Positions 21,285-31,539 of a stretch of DNA of 64,000 bases are shown here, one piece after another. Below the pieces are notes generated by a model. It was not told where the DNA came from. It made no database searches and saw only the letters and a list, made by a program, of their open reading frames with translations. Numbering within the stretch: position 1 is the stretch's first letter; every line of letters starts with the position of its first letter. Source of the stretch: Candidatus Cloacimonadota bacterium (GTDB lineage Bacteria; Cloacimonadota; Cloacimonadia; Cloacimonadales; TCS61); the NCBI GenBank assembly GCA_021734835.1, contig JAIPIH010000004.1:30423-94422 (forward strand), written 5' to 3'. A program made the position numbers and the translations under genes.

Positions 21285-23297
21285 TCATTTCAGTAACAAC
21301 ATTTTTCTAGTTCTGATATCCTTACCATCTAGGAGCAATTTATAAAAATAAATTCCACTTGAAATATTTTTATCACTTTCATCTTTCCCATTCCATATCA
21401 CATCATACTCCTGAATATTTGAAAGTTGTTCTATAGAAATAGTTTTTATCTTTTGACCTTTTAAATTGTATATTTCTATGTGTGCATTTTGGGTATATTG
21501 TTCGTTCAAAGTAAAAGATATAGTAGTACCATGCCCGCGACCTGCTCCTGAAGGTTTAAAAGGATTTGGATAATTATACAAAGTTTCATTGATTTTGATA
21601 ATATCATCATTTGAGCTCACAATTGACAACTCAAATTCCAAAATTTCAGATTCACCTGCTAGATATTCTGCAGAGAGTCCAATATAATAAACTTGGCCAT
21701 TCACTAACCCTTCCAGTTGATAAAATGTTTCCGTAGGTGTTCCATCCAGAACCCCATCCAGATAAATATTATAATGCAGAAAATCAGATGTGCTGCCCTC
21801 TTCTGGTTCGTCCCATGTAATGTATCCGGAACTTGTTGCGTTAGGATTTTGCGGTGGAGTGAGAATATGAGGTATCAAAATAGTTAAATCTTTTATTACT
21901 GATTCTCCAATTGGATTTTCATAATTATAGGAAACACCATAAGTAATTTCTGCTCCGTAAACAGGCTCAAAAACAACAAAAGGCTGATTTATCTCAGAAT
22001 TTAATAAAACTCCATCTTGATATAAATTCCAGCTTACACGATCTCCATAAGTTGGATATGCTGGATCTCCTGCTGAAATAGTAAAATTCGTCGTGTCAAC
22101 AGTGATATCAAATGGTGGAGCAAAGGGAGAAAGTGTGGGCTCGTAATCTACAAAACCGTAAGCTACGTTATCATTCCCATCAATAATAGTTTCGTCAAGA
22201 GGTGGATCATTATCCCAGACATTATTCTCTGCAGATACATCTGCAGAACTGGCATTATAAACACTGTATTCAGTTCCATCAAAGAAGATATTATCATAAA
22301 TACAATTATAACCGTCATCATCTGTGATAGTATTATTAAGATCACCCAAATTTACAGTTGCCTCACTCGCTAAATAAAATCCAGTATAGTTATGATGGAT
22401 GCTATTATAGGTAAATATAGCCTCTGCTGCACTTCCATAAAGCATAACACCAGCTCCGGAATCAGCATTGTTCTCTTCGAAATTATGATGGATGTTGTTT
22501 CCTTTGTAAGTACCCTTACCAGCGTAAAGGTAAACTCCGGTAAAATTGTAGCAAATATCGTTATAGCTCACTGTAGGAGCCATATTATTATAGCCAAAAA
22601 GATTTGCTAGTGTTATCCCCTGTTTATCATTGTGATGAATATAATTATGAGTAAGTGTGGGATTACAAGAATGTGAATTGCTCTGTAGGGATAACTGAAT
22701 CGCCCCATAAAAAGACGCTCCTAAACCGCATTGGGTAATTTCACAACTGTCTACTAGCACATTGGAGTTATCAACTACAGTTATCCCGCTTTTTATAATA
22801 TTTGAAATTTTGGAATTCTTGATCTCCATGTATGCAGGCTCATCAGAACTTAATCCGGAAAAAGAAACTCCCTTTTGATGCCCGTCGATTAATGAATGGT
22901 TGATGTAAACCGGACTATTTACCGAATGGATTCCAGAATCGTTGATATCGTCAGTATTGGAAATGCGACAATGGTCGAAATAAGTGGGATTAGTTTCATC
23001 CTCCAACCGAATACCGCCCCACACTAACCCTTCGTAACCGTGAAAACGAATAGTATCATTAGCACTTGCTTCAGCTATAATATTTCCAAGAGCGGATATC
23101 TTGTAATTACCCATTGCAATCACCTCCACAGCCCCTTCGATCGTTAATGTTCCTCCTGTCGGAACAGTTATATCTCCAACAATATTGTAGGGACTCCCTT
23201 CCAAATCCCAGATACCGAATTGATCACCGGAAACATCTGTTGCCCATATCACACTATTAGTTAGAATTATTAAAAAAATAAAGATTATCTGTTTCAT
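21285..23297 (-). CDS. secreted parallel beta-helix repeat protein with T9SS-type C-terminal sorting domain
   Basis: Signal peptide, repeated NxxHHN/beta-helix rungs (IHHNDKQG, IHHNFEEN, IHHNYTG) and Ig/FN3-like middle regions. C-terminus NYPNPF...IEIYNLKGQKI...GIYFYKLLLDG...RKMLLLK. Confidence 0.7.
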   Translation of the reverse strand: MKQIIFIFLIILTNSVIWATDVSGDQFGIWDLEGSPYNIVGDITVPTGGTLTIEGAVEVIAMGNYKISALGNIIAEASANDTIRFHGYEGLVWGGIRLEDETNPTYFDHCRISNTDDINDSGIHSVNSPVYINHSLIDGHQKGVSFSGLSSDEPAYMEIKNSKISNIIKSGITVVDNSNVLVDSCEITQCGLGASFYGAIQLSLQSNSHSCNPTLTHNYIHHNDKQGITLANLFGYNNMAPTVSYNDICYNFTGVYLYAGKGTYKGNNIHHNFEENNADSGAGVMLYGSAAEAIFTYNSIHHNYTGFYLASEATVNLGDLNNTITDDDGYNCIYDNIFFDGTEYSVYNASSADVSAENNVWDNDPPLDETIIDGNDNVAYGFVDYEPTLSPFAPPFDITVDTTNFTISAGDPAYPTYGDRVSWNLYQDGVLLNSEINQPFVVFEPVYGAEITYGVSYNYENPIGESVIKDLTILIPHILTPPQNPNATSSGYITWDEPEEGSTSDFLHYNIYLDGVLDGTPTETFYQLEGLVNGQVYYIGLSAEYLAGESEILEFELSIVSSNDDIIKINETLYNYPNPFKPSGAGRGHGTTISFTLNEQYTQNAHIEIYNLKGQKIKTISIEQLSNIQEYDVIWNGKDESDKNISSGIYFYKLLLDGKDIRTRKMLLLK

Positions 23298-23299
23298 TT

Positions 23300-23947
23300 C
23301 TACCTCCGATCCAAAGGGTTTTTCTTATTATTTTTTAAATGATTAACAATAAATGTCATGATTATTGCTAGAGTTGTTATTCCGGCTCCTACCCATTTTA
23401 ATGAGGCAATAGAAGTTACAACTATCGCAGCTATGATAACACCCAGAAAAATAAACAGAATAGATTTCCAGAATTTTAAGCCGAAAAGATAGGCAGCTAA
23501 GGAACCTGTCCAGGCACCGGTAATTGGCAATGGAATAGCTACAAAAAGCATGAGTCCCAGCTCTTCATATTTCTTTATCATTTCACTTTTCCGGCGAGTG
23601 CGTTTGAAAATTGCTTCTAAAATTTTTTTAAGGAAAGGAACTTTGAAACACAGTTTAGTGATAAAATCAAAAAAAAGTAGAATAAAAAATATCGGGAACA
23701 TATTACCCGCTAGAGCCAGAGGTATCAGCTTCCATAATGGAATTTTATACTTCAGCATTCCAATCGGAATTGCTCCTCTCAACTCAAAGATCGGGATCAT
23801 AGCAATGAGAAATACTTTGATTTCATTCGGAGCTTCAATTTTATCTATAGAGCTTTTGAGTTTAACTTTAACTCCTACTTCAGCAAAAAGGGAAATGCAG
23901 ATCATTAAAATGATCAGGATCATGAATAATTTTTTCACAGCTGCCAT
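23300..23947 (-). CDS. small multidrug-export-like membrane protein (PF06695-type, from memory)
   Basis: IPIFELRGAIPIG and PLPITGAWTGSLAAYLFGL motifs; 4-5 TMs. Confidence 0.55.
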   Translation of the reverse strand: MAAVKKLFMILIILMICISLFAEVGVKVKLKSSIDKIEAPNEIKVFLIAMIPIFELRGAIPIGMLKYKIPLWKLIPLALAGNMFPIFFILLFFDFITKLCFKVPFLKKILEAIFKRTRRKSEMIKKYEELGLMLFVAIPLPITGAWTGSLAAYLFGLKFWKSILFIFLGVIIAAIVVTSIASLKWVGAGITTLAIIMTFIVNHLKNNKKNPLDRR

Positions 23948-24618
23948 CCTTCAGCACCGATCAGTGGTACGAACATGCAGCCGCCTTCATTTCTGTGAAC
24001 GTATCCTTCTTCGGTTTTGGATATTATTACAAGCTGTTGAAAACTTCGATCACCAGTAGGAATGATGAGTTTACCGTTCATTGCAAGTTGTCCTGTTAGA
24101 CTTTCCGGAATGTCTGGTGCTGCTGCTGCAACAATTATCTTATCAAATTTTTCCCGCTTTGGTATTCCATTTTCCCAGCCCAAAGTCCCGTCTCCGGCTT
24201 TATAAAAAATATTCTTATAACCTAGGTCATTAAGGATGGTTTTGGCATTCTTTAAAAGTGGTAAGATCCGTTCTACTGTATATACTTCCTGCACAATCTC
24301 AGCCAATAAGGCAGTTTGATATCCTGAACCAGTGCCTATTTCCAGAACTTTATCACTATTTTTAAGCTCTAACAACTGCAGCATTAAGGCGACTATATAA
24401 GGCTGTGAAATTGTTTGTCCTTCTCCAATACTAAGTGGTGAATCATTATAGGCAAGATGCTGGAAATTAAAATCAACAAATCGATGTCTTGGGATAATTT
24501 TAAATGCTTTCAATACTTCTATATCAGTAATACCCCGAGTTTCGAGTTGATATTTTATCATGCTCTCCCTTAATGACTGATATCTCATTTTTAATTTTTC
24601 CCGTTTTTCATTAACCAT
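23935..24618 (-). CDS. pcm: protein-L-isoaspartate O-methyltransferase
   Basis: GEGQTISQPYIVALML and the SAM motif VLEIGTGSGYQTALLA. Confidence 0.85.
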   Translation of the reverse strand: MVNEKREKLKMRYQSLRESMIKYQLETRGITDIEVLKAFKIIPRHRFVDFNFQHLAYNDSPLSIGEGQTISQPYIVALMLQLLELKNSDKVLEIGTGSGYQTALLAEIVQEVYTVERILPLLKNAKTILNDLGYKNIFYKAGDGTLGWENGIPKREKFDKIIVAAAAPDIPESLTGQLAMNGKLIIPTGDRSFQQLVIISKTEEGYVHRNEGGCMFVPLIGAEGWQL

Positions 24619-25349
24619 TTATTCAGCTGAGTAAATGATTCTTTCATTGTAAAATCAGGAGCGATTGGTGTAACCGAAATATATCCATTTTGGATAGCGT
24701 TGGCATCTGAATTCTCTATTTCTGACCAATGAGGTTCATCACCACCTATCAAATAAACAGTTTCGTTATTTTCATCTATTTCTTCACGTACAAAATTGTA
24801 ATATTTCCGATGACCGATACAAGTGATCTTAATACCTTTAATTTCATTATACTCTAAATTAGGAACATTAATATTCAATACTTCTTTTTCTGCAATTTCT
24901 TCATGAATCCCTTTATCAAGCATTTCACACAAATAACGGGCAGCAGTTATAAATTTTTGATTGCTGTAAGAAGCCAGAGAAATGGCAATTGCTTTAAAAT
25001 TTAAAAACATTGCTTCGATTGCAGCAGCAACAGTGCCGGAATACAAAACATCTTCACCCATATTTTGCCCGGCATTTATTCCTGATATTACAAGATCGAT
25101 GTTGTTATCTAACAAAAGTTGAGAAGCCAATATCATACAATCAGCCGGTGTCCCAGAAATAGCAAAATATTTTTCTCCTTTTTCTACGATCTTCATCGGT
25201 TTAAAAAGTGATATCGAGTGTGATTTTGCGCTTTGCTGTTCAAGTGGAGCAGCTATGATCACTTTATGACCGTTTTTCTTTAATTCAGCCGCTAATATCA
25301 TTATGCCCTGTGCATCATAACCATCGTCATTTGTAAGTAAAATATTCAT
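24591..25349 (-). CDS. surE: 5'/3'-nucleotidase SurE
   Basis: N-terminal ILLTNDDGYDAQGI, GINAGQNMG, YSGTVAAA. Adjacent to pcm, as in many bacteria. Confidence 0.9.
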   Translation of the reverse strand: MNILLTNDDGYDAQGIMILAAELKKNGHKVIIAAPLEQQSAKSHSISLFKPMKIVEKGEKYFAISGTPADCMILASQLLLDNNIDLVISGINAGQNMGEDVLYSGTVAAAIEAMFLNFKAIAISLASYSNQKFITAARYLCEMLDKGIHEEIAEKEVLNINVPNLEYNEIKGIKITCIGHRKYYNFVREEIDENNETVYLIGGDEPHWSEIENSDANAIQNGYISVTPIAPDFTMKESFTQLNKWLMKNGKN

Positions 25350-25358
25350 ATTACTCCC

Positions 25359-26042
25359 TTAGCTTTTAATTTCAGATATAACTATTCTAACAAAGTTCTT
25401 AATATCTCTTAATCCTGAAATATAACTTTTTTGTCCAGCATATATCGTTTCAATCGGGACAAATACTATTTTCCCATTTTTCTTAGCGAACTTAAAGATA
25501 ACTTCTGTTTCAAATTGATAGCGTTCTGTTTGAAATTTTGTTCCCTTGATCAATTCCAGATTGTAAAGCCGAAAACCACATTGAGAATCCAGGATCTTTT
25601 GTTTTGTAGCAAAGGTAACGATCTTACTAGTAAGTTTATTACTACATATTCGGTGGAAAGGCATCTGTTTATGTGAGAATGATCTTTTCCCGATAATAAT
25701 ATCTTCTTCATCCTGATTTTGTTTCTGAATAAATAAAGGAAAATCTTCCGGTTTATGCTGGAGATCACTATCTATGGAAAATGCGAAGTTAAAACCTTTT
25801 TCTAGTGCTGCCTGGAAACCTGTCTGTAAAGCATATCCTTTACCGCGATTAATTTCGATATCCAGCACTGATACGCCATAATTCTGACAAATTTCTTTTG
25901 AGTTATCAGTAGAAGCATCGTTAACTGCAAATATACAATTCTTAGGAAAAAATTTGTTTATTCTTTCAAATAATTCAATCAAATATTTTTCTGAATTATA
26001 AATAGGTACAACTACTGCTGTATTCTTCCAATTTGCTTTCAT
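25359..26042 (-). CDS. family 2 glycosyltransferase (DPM1-like)
   Basis: VVVPIYNSEKYL, NDASTDNS, GKGYAL, SIDSDLQH. Confidence 0.8.
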   Translation of the reverse strand: MKANWKNTAVVVPIYNSEKYLIELFERINKFFPKNCIFAVNDASTDNSKEICQNYGVSVLDIEINRGKGYALQTGFQAALEKGFNFAFSIDSDLQHKPEDFPLFIQKQNQDEEDIIIGKRSFSHKQMPFHRICSNKLTSKIVTFATKQKILDSQCGFRLYNLELIKGTKFQTERYQFETEVIFKFAKKNGKIVFVPIETIYAGQKSYISGLRDIKNFVRIVISEIKS

Positions 26043-26176
26043 AATCCCACTTTAACGTTTTTCGTAACCCAATAAACAAGCATCCTTATGTCAAGGAAAT
26101 CGTCTAAGAAATCAATTGACATCTTCGCTTACTTTAAGAATATGAGAATTATAAATATAAGATACTTAGAGGAGGT

Positions 26177-27427
26177 ATGATGGCTAACAAATTAAAATTT
26201 GGTAACATTAGCACTGAAGAGGCAATTAAACTTGAAGATACTTACGGAGCACATAATTATCATCCACTTCCAGTTGTCTTGGCAAAGGGTAAGGGAGTAA
26301 AAGTTTGGGATCCTGAAGGCAATGAATATTATGATTTTCTTTCTGCTTATTCGGCAGTCAATCAAGGACACTGTCATCCTAAAATCATAAAGGCTTTAAC
26401 TGAACAGGCAAACATTCTCACTCTTACATCCAGAGCCTTTTATAATAATAAACTTGGTGAATACGAAAAATTCATCACAGAATTTTTTGGCTATGAAATG
26501 GTTTTACCAATGAATACAGGTGCTGAGGCAGTTGAAACAGCTATAAAACTTTCGCGCAAGTGGGGTTATAAAAAGAAAGGTATAAGCGAAAATGAAGCGA
26601 TAATAGTATTTGCAAAAGAAAACTTTCATGGTAGAACAATTACGGTGATATCTGCTTCTACTGATCCCGATTGCAGAAAAGGATTTGGTCCTTTTACTCC
26701 GGGAATTGAGAAAATACCATATAACAATTTAGAAGCATTGGAAAACATTCTTAAGAAAAAAGGCAAGAATATTGCAGCCTTCATAGTTGAACCAATTCAG
26801 GGTGAAGCTGGTGTTATGGTTCCGGATGATGATTACATAAAAAATGCCTTTGATATTTGTAGGAAACATAATGTCCTGTTTGTTGCCGATGAAGTTCAAA
26901 CAGGTATTGGAAGGACAGGACGAATTTTATGTTCAGATTATGCCGGGATAAAGCCGGACATAGTAATTCTGGGGAAAGCTATTTCAGGAGGTGTGCTTCC
27001 TGTTTCAGCAGTTCTTTCTTCCAAGGAAATAATGTTAACTATCAAACCAGGAGAACATGGTTCCACTTTTGGCGGATTTCCTCTAGCTTGTTCAGTTGCT
27101 AAAGCGGCTTTAGAAGTGATAAAAGATGAAACCCTTACGGTAAAGGCTGAGCGCCTTGGAAAGGTATTCCGAGATGAAATGAATAAAATCGATTCCCCAC
27201 TTATTGAGTCAGTACGTGGAAAAGGCCTTTTAAATGCAATTATTATCAAACCTAAGGCTGACATAACTGCATGGGATATTTGCGTTAAGCTTAAAGAAAA
27301 TGGGCTGTTGGCAAAACCAACACACGGTGATATAATCCGTTTTGCTCCACCACTTGTTATTACTGAAAAACAACTTATGGAATGTATTAGTATAATCAAA
27401 ACTACTTTATCGTCGATAAACAAATAA
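26177..27427 (+). CDS. rocD: ornithine--oxo-acid aminotransferase
   Basis: [54 protein letters not shown] and the PLP lysine in [19 protein letters not shown]; the start may be the second ATG at 26180. Confidence 0.85.
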   Translation: MMANKLKFGNISTEEAIKLEDTYGAHNYHPLPVVLAKGKGVKVWDPEGNEYYDFLSAYSAVNQGHCHPKIIKALTEQANILTLTSRAFYNNKLGEYEKFITEFFGYEMVLPMNTGAEAVETAIKLSRKWGYKKKGISENEAIIVFAKENFHGRTITVISASTDPDCRKGFGPFTPGIEKIPYNNLEALENILKKKGKNIAAFIVEPIQGEAGVMVPDDDYIKNAFDICRKHNVLFVADEVQTGIGRTGRILCSDYAGIKPDIVILGKAISGGVLPVSAVLSSKEIMLTIKPGEHGSTFGGFPLACSVAKAALEVIKDETLTVKAERLGKVFRDEMNKIDSPLIESVRGKGLLNAIIIKPKADITAWDICVKLKENGLLAKPTHGDIIRFAPPLVITEKQLMECISIIKTTLSSINK

Positions 27428-27459
27428 TAATTTCAGTAAAGATCTAGGTTATTAATTTA

Positions 27460-27500
27460 GCCACCCTGACTGTTAAGCGGGGTGGCTTTAATTTTTTTTT
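27460..27500 (+). terminator. rho-independent terminator after rocD
   Basis: GCCACCC (27460-27466), loop, GGGTGGC (27480-27486), followed by TTTAATTTTTTTTTT. Confidence 0.7.
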
Positions 27501-27513
27501 TGGGGGGAAAAAT

Positions 27514-28413
27514 TTGCGAAAAATATTAGGTTTATTATTTATTCTTTTAATGTTGTTAAGTTGTACTGGTGATAATGAAAATAAAATTGTTATTGGAATA
27601 ATTCGCCCTTCTTTAAATCATCTGCCATTTGATTTTGGATTAGCAGCCAAATTTCTAGATAGGAATGATTACATTATTAAAAAATTTAATTCAGGTTGGG
27701 AAACTAATGAGGCTTTAATAGCAGGCAAACTAGATCTTGCTATCTTACCTTTCACTTATATATGGCTGGATGTTTCCAAAGGGAAAGAAGTTAAGATCAT
27801 ATCCTTTTTTGAACGAGAAAGTGACGGTATAATTGCCAGACCGGGGATAACAACTTTGGCGCAGCTTGAGGGCAAGAAACTCGGTGTTTTACGCGGATCT
27901 ACTCTAGATATCTTTGCTGAGATTTTATTGGAAGATAAAAAACTTAATATGGAAATAATATATTTCCGGACACCGATGGATATGGCTGCAGCCTTAAAGG
28001 CAAAAGAAGTTGATGCACTAAGCTATTATGTTCCTTCAATTTTTAAATTTCCCGGTGATTATAACATTGTTTACTGGTATGGAGATGATCATCCTTTACA
28101 TCCTTGCTGTGATATTGCCGTAACTGATAAAGCTTTAGAATCTAAATACAACAGTCTTAAAAATTTTATGACAGGAATTAAAACAGCAACTAATGAACTG
28201 AATAATTCTCCGGATACAGCTTTTAAAGCAGTTGAAGAATTTTATAGTTTGTATCCGCCTTACTCAAAATATTCTTTGTATCAAACAAAATATATTTTGG
28301 CATTAGATGATACGATGAAAAATTTTGAATACAGGTCTTTTAATAAAATGATCGAAAAAGGATACGTTGATAAAATGGTGAAACTGGAAAATGTTTATTA
28401 CAATCTTAAATAG
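27514..28413 (+). CDS. ABC transporter substrate-binding lipoprotein, NMT1/ThiY/NitT-TauT type
   Basis: TTG start after GGGGGGA. Lipobox LLSC. Has a periplasmic binding fold (GKLDLAILPF, LEGKKLGVLRGST). Confidence 0.65.
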   Translation: MRKILGLLFILLMLLSCTGDNENKIVIGIIRPSLNHLPFDFGLAAKFLDRNDYIIKKFNSGWETNEALIAGKLDLAILPFTYIWLDVSKGKEVKIISFFERESDGIIARPGITTLAQLEGKKLGVLRGSTLDIFAEILLEDKKLNMEIIYFRTPMDMAAALKAKEVDALSYYVPSIFKFPGDYNIVYWYGDDHPLHPCCDIAVTDKALESKYNSLKNFMTGIKTATNELNNSPDTAFKAVEEFYSLYPPYSKYSLYQTKYILALDDTMKNFEYRSFNKMIEKGYVDKMVKLENVYYNLK

Positions 28414-29116
28414 ATCAAGGATTTTAAGCATATTGATTATTGCTATTTTCTTTCTGCTTCTAGCTCTCTCATTGGGTATTTCGATCACGGATATCATAAA
28501 CAGCAATTTAAGTTTACAGTTACTTTTATCTGATCTAGCCGCATCATTTTTGAGGGTTACGATAATTTCTCTTGTTGCTTGGGCTTGCGGAATTCTTGGA
28601 GGTTATTTACTGCATAACTCGATTGGCTTAAATTCACTAATTTTGCCACTTATCAATTTTATCCGTCACATCTCACCTTTTAGCTGGTTACCTTTCGCTA
28701 TTATCTGGTTTGGTTTGGGAGAACTATCAGTAAGTTTTATCATGTTCATCACTCTCTTCTTCCCGACACTCATTGCAGCCTCAGATCAATTCTCCAATAT
28801 CCCGCAGCAATTTATTGATGAAGGAAATGTCTCCGGAGCATCAGCACTTCAAATGCTACTGAAAGTTAAACTACCCCTGGCGATGCCCTCGCTGGCCAGT
28901 TTATTCAGAATCATTTGGGCCTTAGGCTGGACGGTTGTAATTGCTGCCGAAATGCTGGGTGTAACCAAAGGAATGGGCTTCCGTCTTCTGGATCTGCGCT
29001 ACTTGCTTCGTTATCCGGAGATGTTGATATATCTTCTAGTCATGGGTTTTGTCGGTATTCTGATTGATACTATATTAAAACGGATTCTCACAATTTATAT
29101 CCAGAAATATTGCTAA
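28391..29116 (+). CDS. ABC transporter permease (NitT/TauT family)
   Basis: Six TMs and an EAA-like loop (FIDEGNVSGASALQMLLKVKLPLAMP). Overlaps the binding-protein gene by 23 nt. Confidence 0.75.
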   Translation: MFITILNRSRILSILIIAIFFLLLALSLGISITDIINSNLSLQLLLSDLAASFLRVTIISLVAWACGILGGYLLHNSIGLNSLILPLINFIRHISPFSWLPFAIIWFGLGELSVSFIMFITLFFPTLIAASDQFSNIPQQFIDEGNVSGASALQMLLKVKLPLAMPSLASLFRIIWALGWTVVIAAEMLGVTKGMGFRLLDLRYLLRYPEMLIYLLVMGFVGILIDTILKRILTIYIQKYC

Positions 29117-29177
29117 AATTAATTTACTAACTTGACCTGCAAACTATTTTCCCCCAAATGTCTATTGGATACAGGGA

Positions 29178-29804
29178 TTGAACATGAATCTTAGAATTGC
29201 AATAATAGCCAATGGTGAAGAAGTGCAGAATATCAAGGCACTCCTGAAAGCGATAGATTTAATTATTGCTGTCGATGGAGCAGCTGATATTTGCAGATCA
29301 CAGAACGTGTATCCGGACTATGTGATCGGTGATCTTGATTCCATTTCTGCTGAAAGTTTAAATTTTTTCACAAGATCGAAGATCATTGAAATATCACGGC
29401 AGGACAATACTGATCTGCAAAAAGCTTTAAATTTTGCAAATTCTCTTAATCCCTCTCTTATCAGGATTATATCTGCTTCAGGAAAAAGAACTGATCATTC
29501 TGTAGCAAATCTCTTGATCTTTCAAAATTATCAAGGCAAGGCTTCCTTGGAAGTATGGGATAATTTCGGTAAATTGTTTATTTATGGCCCCGGATCGCAT
29601 CATCTCAAACTCAAAAAAAATAGCACAATTTCCTTTTTTTCTTTGGAACCGATATTCGGATTAACATTAGCAGGCTTCAAATATTCATTAAAAGATCGTG
29701 ATTTTAAAAGTAATTTTACTGGTGTAAGCAATGTTACAACAAGTGATAATTGTAAAATAGAATTTCAAAAAGGTAAATTACTCTGCTATCTGATCAGCGA
29801 ATAA
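29178..29804 (+). CDS. thiN: thiamine diphosphokinase
   Basis: IIANGE..., VIGDLDSI, QDNTDLQKAL, TDHSVANL; about 208 aa, the size of a TPK. Confidence 0.75.
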   Translation: MNMNLRIAIIANGEEVQNIKALLKAIDLIIAVDGAADICRSQNVYPDYVIGDLDSISAESLNFFTRSKIIEISRQDNTDLQKALNFANSLNPSLIRIISASGKRTDHSVANLLIFQNYQGKASLEVWDNFGKLFIYGPGSHHLKLKKNSTISFFSLEPIFGLTLAGFKYSLKDRDFKSNFTGVSNVTTSDNCKIEFQKGKLLCYLISE

Positions 29805-29873
29805 AAAAGCTTGCATTGAATTATGTATTAATAAAATTGAGCTAAAATAATTTTCTAGAAAACAGGAGGAAAT

Positions 29874-31466
29874 GTGAAAAAACTTACCATGATAATATTT
29901 ATACTGACTTTTATTTGCAGTATTCTTATGGCTGATACAATGAAAATTGCAATCTTAAACTTCAGTAATAATGACCGCGAAAGCAACTACGTTGCTAGTT
30001 CCTTAATGAAGAGGGATTTCAAAAAAGTCTTCGATGATAATGAAGATCTTGAATTAATAAAGATAAAAGAATCTGAGAAAGTATTTAAAAAATCTGGGAT
30101 TACAAATCTCTCTTATGCCGGCACTGAAGATATTGCTGCTATGAGTGACCAACTCGATGCTGATGTTGTAATATGGGGAACTGTTTCTTCTATCTCAGGC
30201 TCAAAATTTAAAATTATTACAAAGATTTTCAACGTACAATCAAATGAAGTCAGCGTAACTTCAATAATAGTAGAAAAAACAAGTTCAAAGCGACAACAGA
30301 CTTTGTCAGATGAATTAATCCCAAAGATCAGAGAATTAGGGAAAAAAGAAATTGAGAAATTGATAAATATTGGCATTCAACACTTTAGAAGTAAAAATTA
30401 CAAATCTGCGGAAGAAACTTTTACAAAACTCATCGAGCTGGATGATAAAAACCGAAACGGTTATTTCTATCTGGGGCTAATCACTTTTCTCCAAAATGAT
30501 TATCTAACTTCCGTTGATTACCTTGAGCAGTCTTTAGCAATAGTACCGGAAGATACAGATGCTTTGGATTTTTTGAGTAAAGCATATCTCAATATGGAAG
30601 ATTTAGAAAGTGCAGCCGAAACTTTGGAACGGATCACTGAATTTGATGATAATAAAGAAATCTGGCTTAGAATTGGCAAGATATATACCGACTTGCAATA
30701 TACAGATAAAGCTAAAGGTGCTTTTAATTTTGCTATTGACCTTGACGTAGAATATTTCCCTGCTTATCAAGCTTTGGGTGAGTTGCTTTACAATATGGAG
30801 TTTTATAATGAAGCAATAAGCCCCTTGGAGATAGCTGCGGCGGCTTTCCCTGATAATGACGATCTACAAAAGAAACTTGCAAAATGTTATTACAAAACCG
30901 GAAAATTAGAAAGTGCCATCGCAAATTATAAACAGATCATAATTGATAAGCCTAATAACAAAACCGCTTATTTGAACCTGGCAGGAGCTTATAGAGAAAC
31001 AAATCAAAATCAAAAAGCTCTCAAGGTATTAAAAGATCTCAAAGCTATTGATCCAAAAAATCCAAAAGTATATCTGAGACTTGCTGATGTTTATATTGCA
31101 CTAGAGGACTTTACAAAAGCTACACAAAACGCCAATCAAACAATTGAACTAAGTCCCGATATGTACGATCCTTATCGCGTTTTAGCATCCATCCACCAGA
31201 AATTAGGATATAAAAAATATGAAAAATTTCTGGAATATGAAGAATTGTACAAAGATAAAAGCGTTTACTACGGGGAGAAAGCTGACGAATTAGTTGAAAA
31301 AAGAGATAATGTAAAAGATGAAGCTAATTCTAACTTCAAAAAGGCTCAGTACTTTTTGGATGAAACCGAAAAAAGAACTGATAAATCATCCGTTATTAAA
31401 GATATTGAGCGAACCAGAAATACACTTAATCAACTGGAAAACGCAACTAAATCAGGTGGATTTTAA
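29874..31466 (+). CDS. TPR-repeat secreted protein
   Basis: GTG start after AGGAGG. Signal peptide, then multiple TPR-like units (YKSAEETFTKLIELDDKN, AYLNLAGAYRETNQNQKALKVLKDLKAIDPKN). Confidence 0.7.
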   Translation: MKKLTMIIFILTFICSILMADTMKIAILNFSNNDRESNYVASSLMKRDFKKVFDDNEDLELIKIKESEKVFKKSGITNLSYAGTEDIAAMSDQLDADVVIWGTVSSISGSKFKIITKIFNVQSNEVSVTSIIVEKTSSKRQQTLSDELIPKIRELGKKEIEKLINIGIQHFRSKNYKSAEETFTKLIELDDKNRNGYFYLGLITFLQNDYLTSVDYLEQSLAIVPEDTDALDFLSKAYLNMEDLESAAETLERITEFDDNKEIWLRIGKIYTDLQYTDKAKGAFNFAIDLDVEYFPAYQALGELLYNMEFYNEAISPLEIAAAAFPDNDDLQKKLAKCYYKTGKLESAIANYKQIIIDKPNNKTAYLNLAGAYRETNQNQKALKVLKDLKAIDPKNPKVYLRLADVYIALEDFTKATQNANQTIELSPDMYDPYRVLASIHQKLGYKKYEKFLEYEELYKDKSVYYGEKADELVEKRDNVKDEANSNFKKAQYFLDETEKRTDKSSVIKDIERTRNTLNQLENATKSGGF

Positions 31467-31482
31467 CTTAACTAATACTGAT

Positions 31483-31509
31483 CCTCCGCTCTGTGCGGAG
31501 GTTTTTTTT
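31483..31509 (+). terminator. rho-independent terminator after the TPR gene
   Basis: CCTCCGC (31483-31489), TCTGT loop, GCGGAGG (31495-31501), then T8. Confidence 0.75.
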
Positions 31510-31539
31510 GAATAACAATTTTTAAATAACATTAGTGCT

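Noticed and set aside
23550-24059. 169-aa plus-strand ORF. The same reasoning covers similar long antisense ORFs at 26938-27423, 46976-47515, 57278-57751, 36448-37874 and 59214-60128.
   Set aside because: All are shadow ORFs opposite confidently identified genes, which is common in AT-rich DNA. None has a recognisable motif or start context.
27488-27510. T10-G6-A5 homopolymer block as a phase-variation switch
   Set aside because: The T-run is explained by the terminator U-tract and the G-run by the RBS of the TTG-start gene. Without population data there is no evidence of length variation.
27428-27513. Possible TPP riboswitch upstream of the ThiY-like transporter
   Set aside because: The gap is only 86 nt and is occupied by the rocD terminator. 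I could not find the conserved CUGAGA / ACCUGAUCUGGAUAAUGCCAGCG-type elements.
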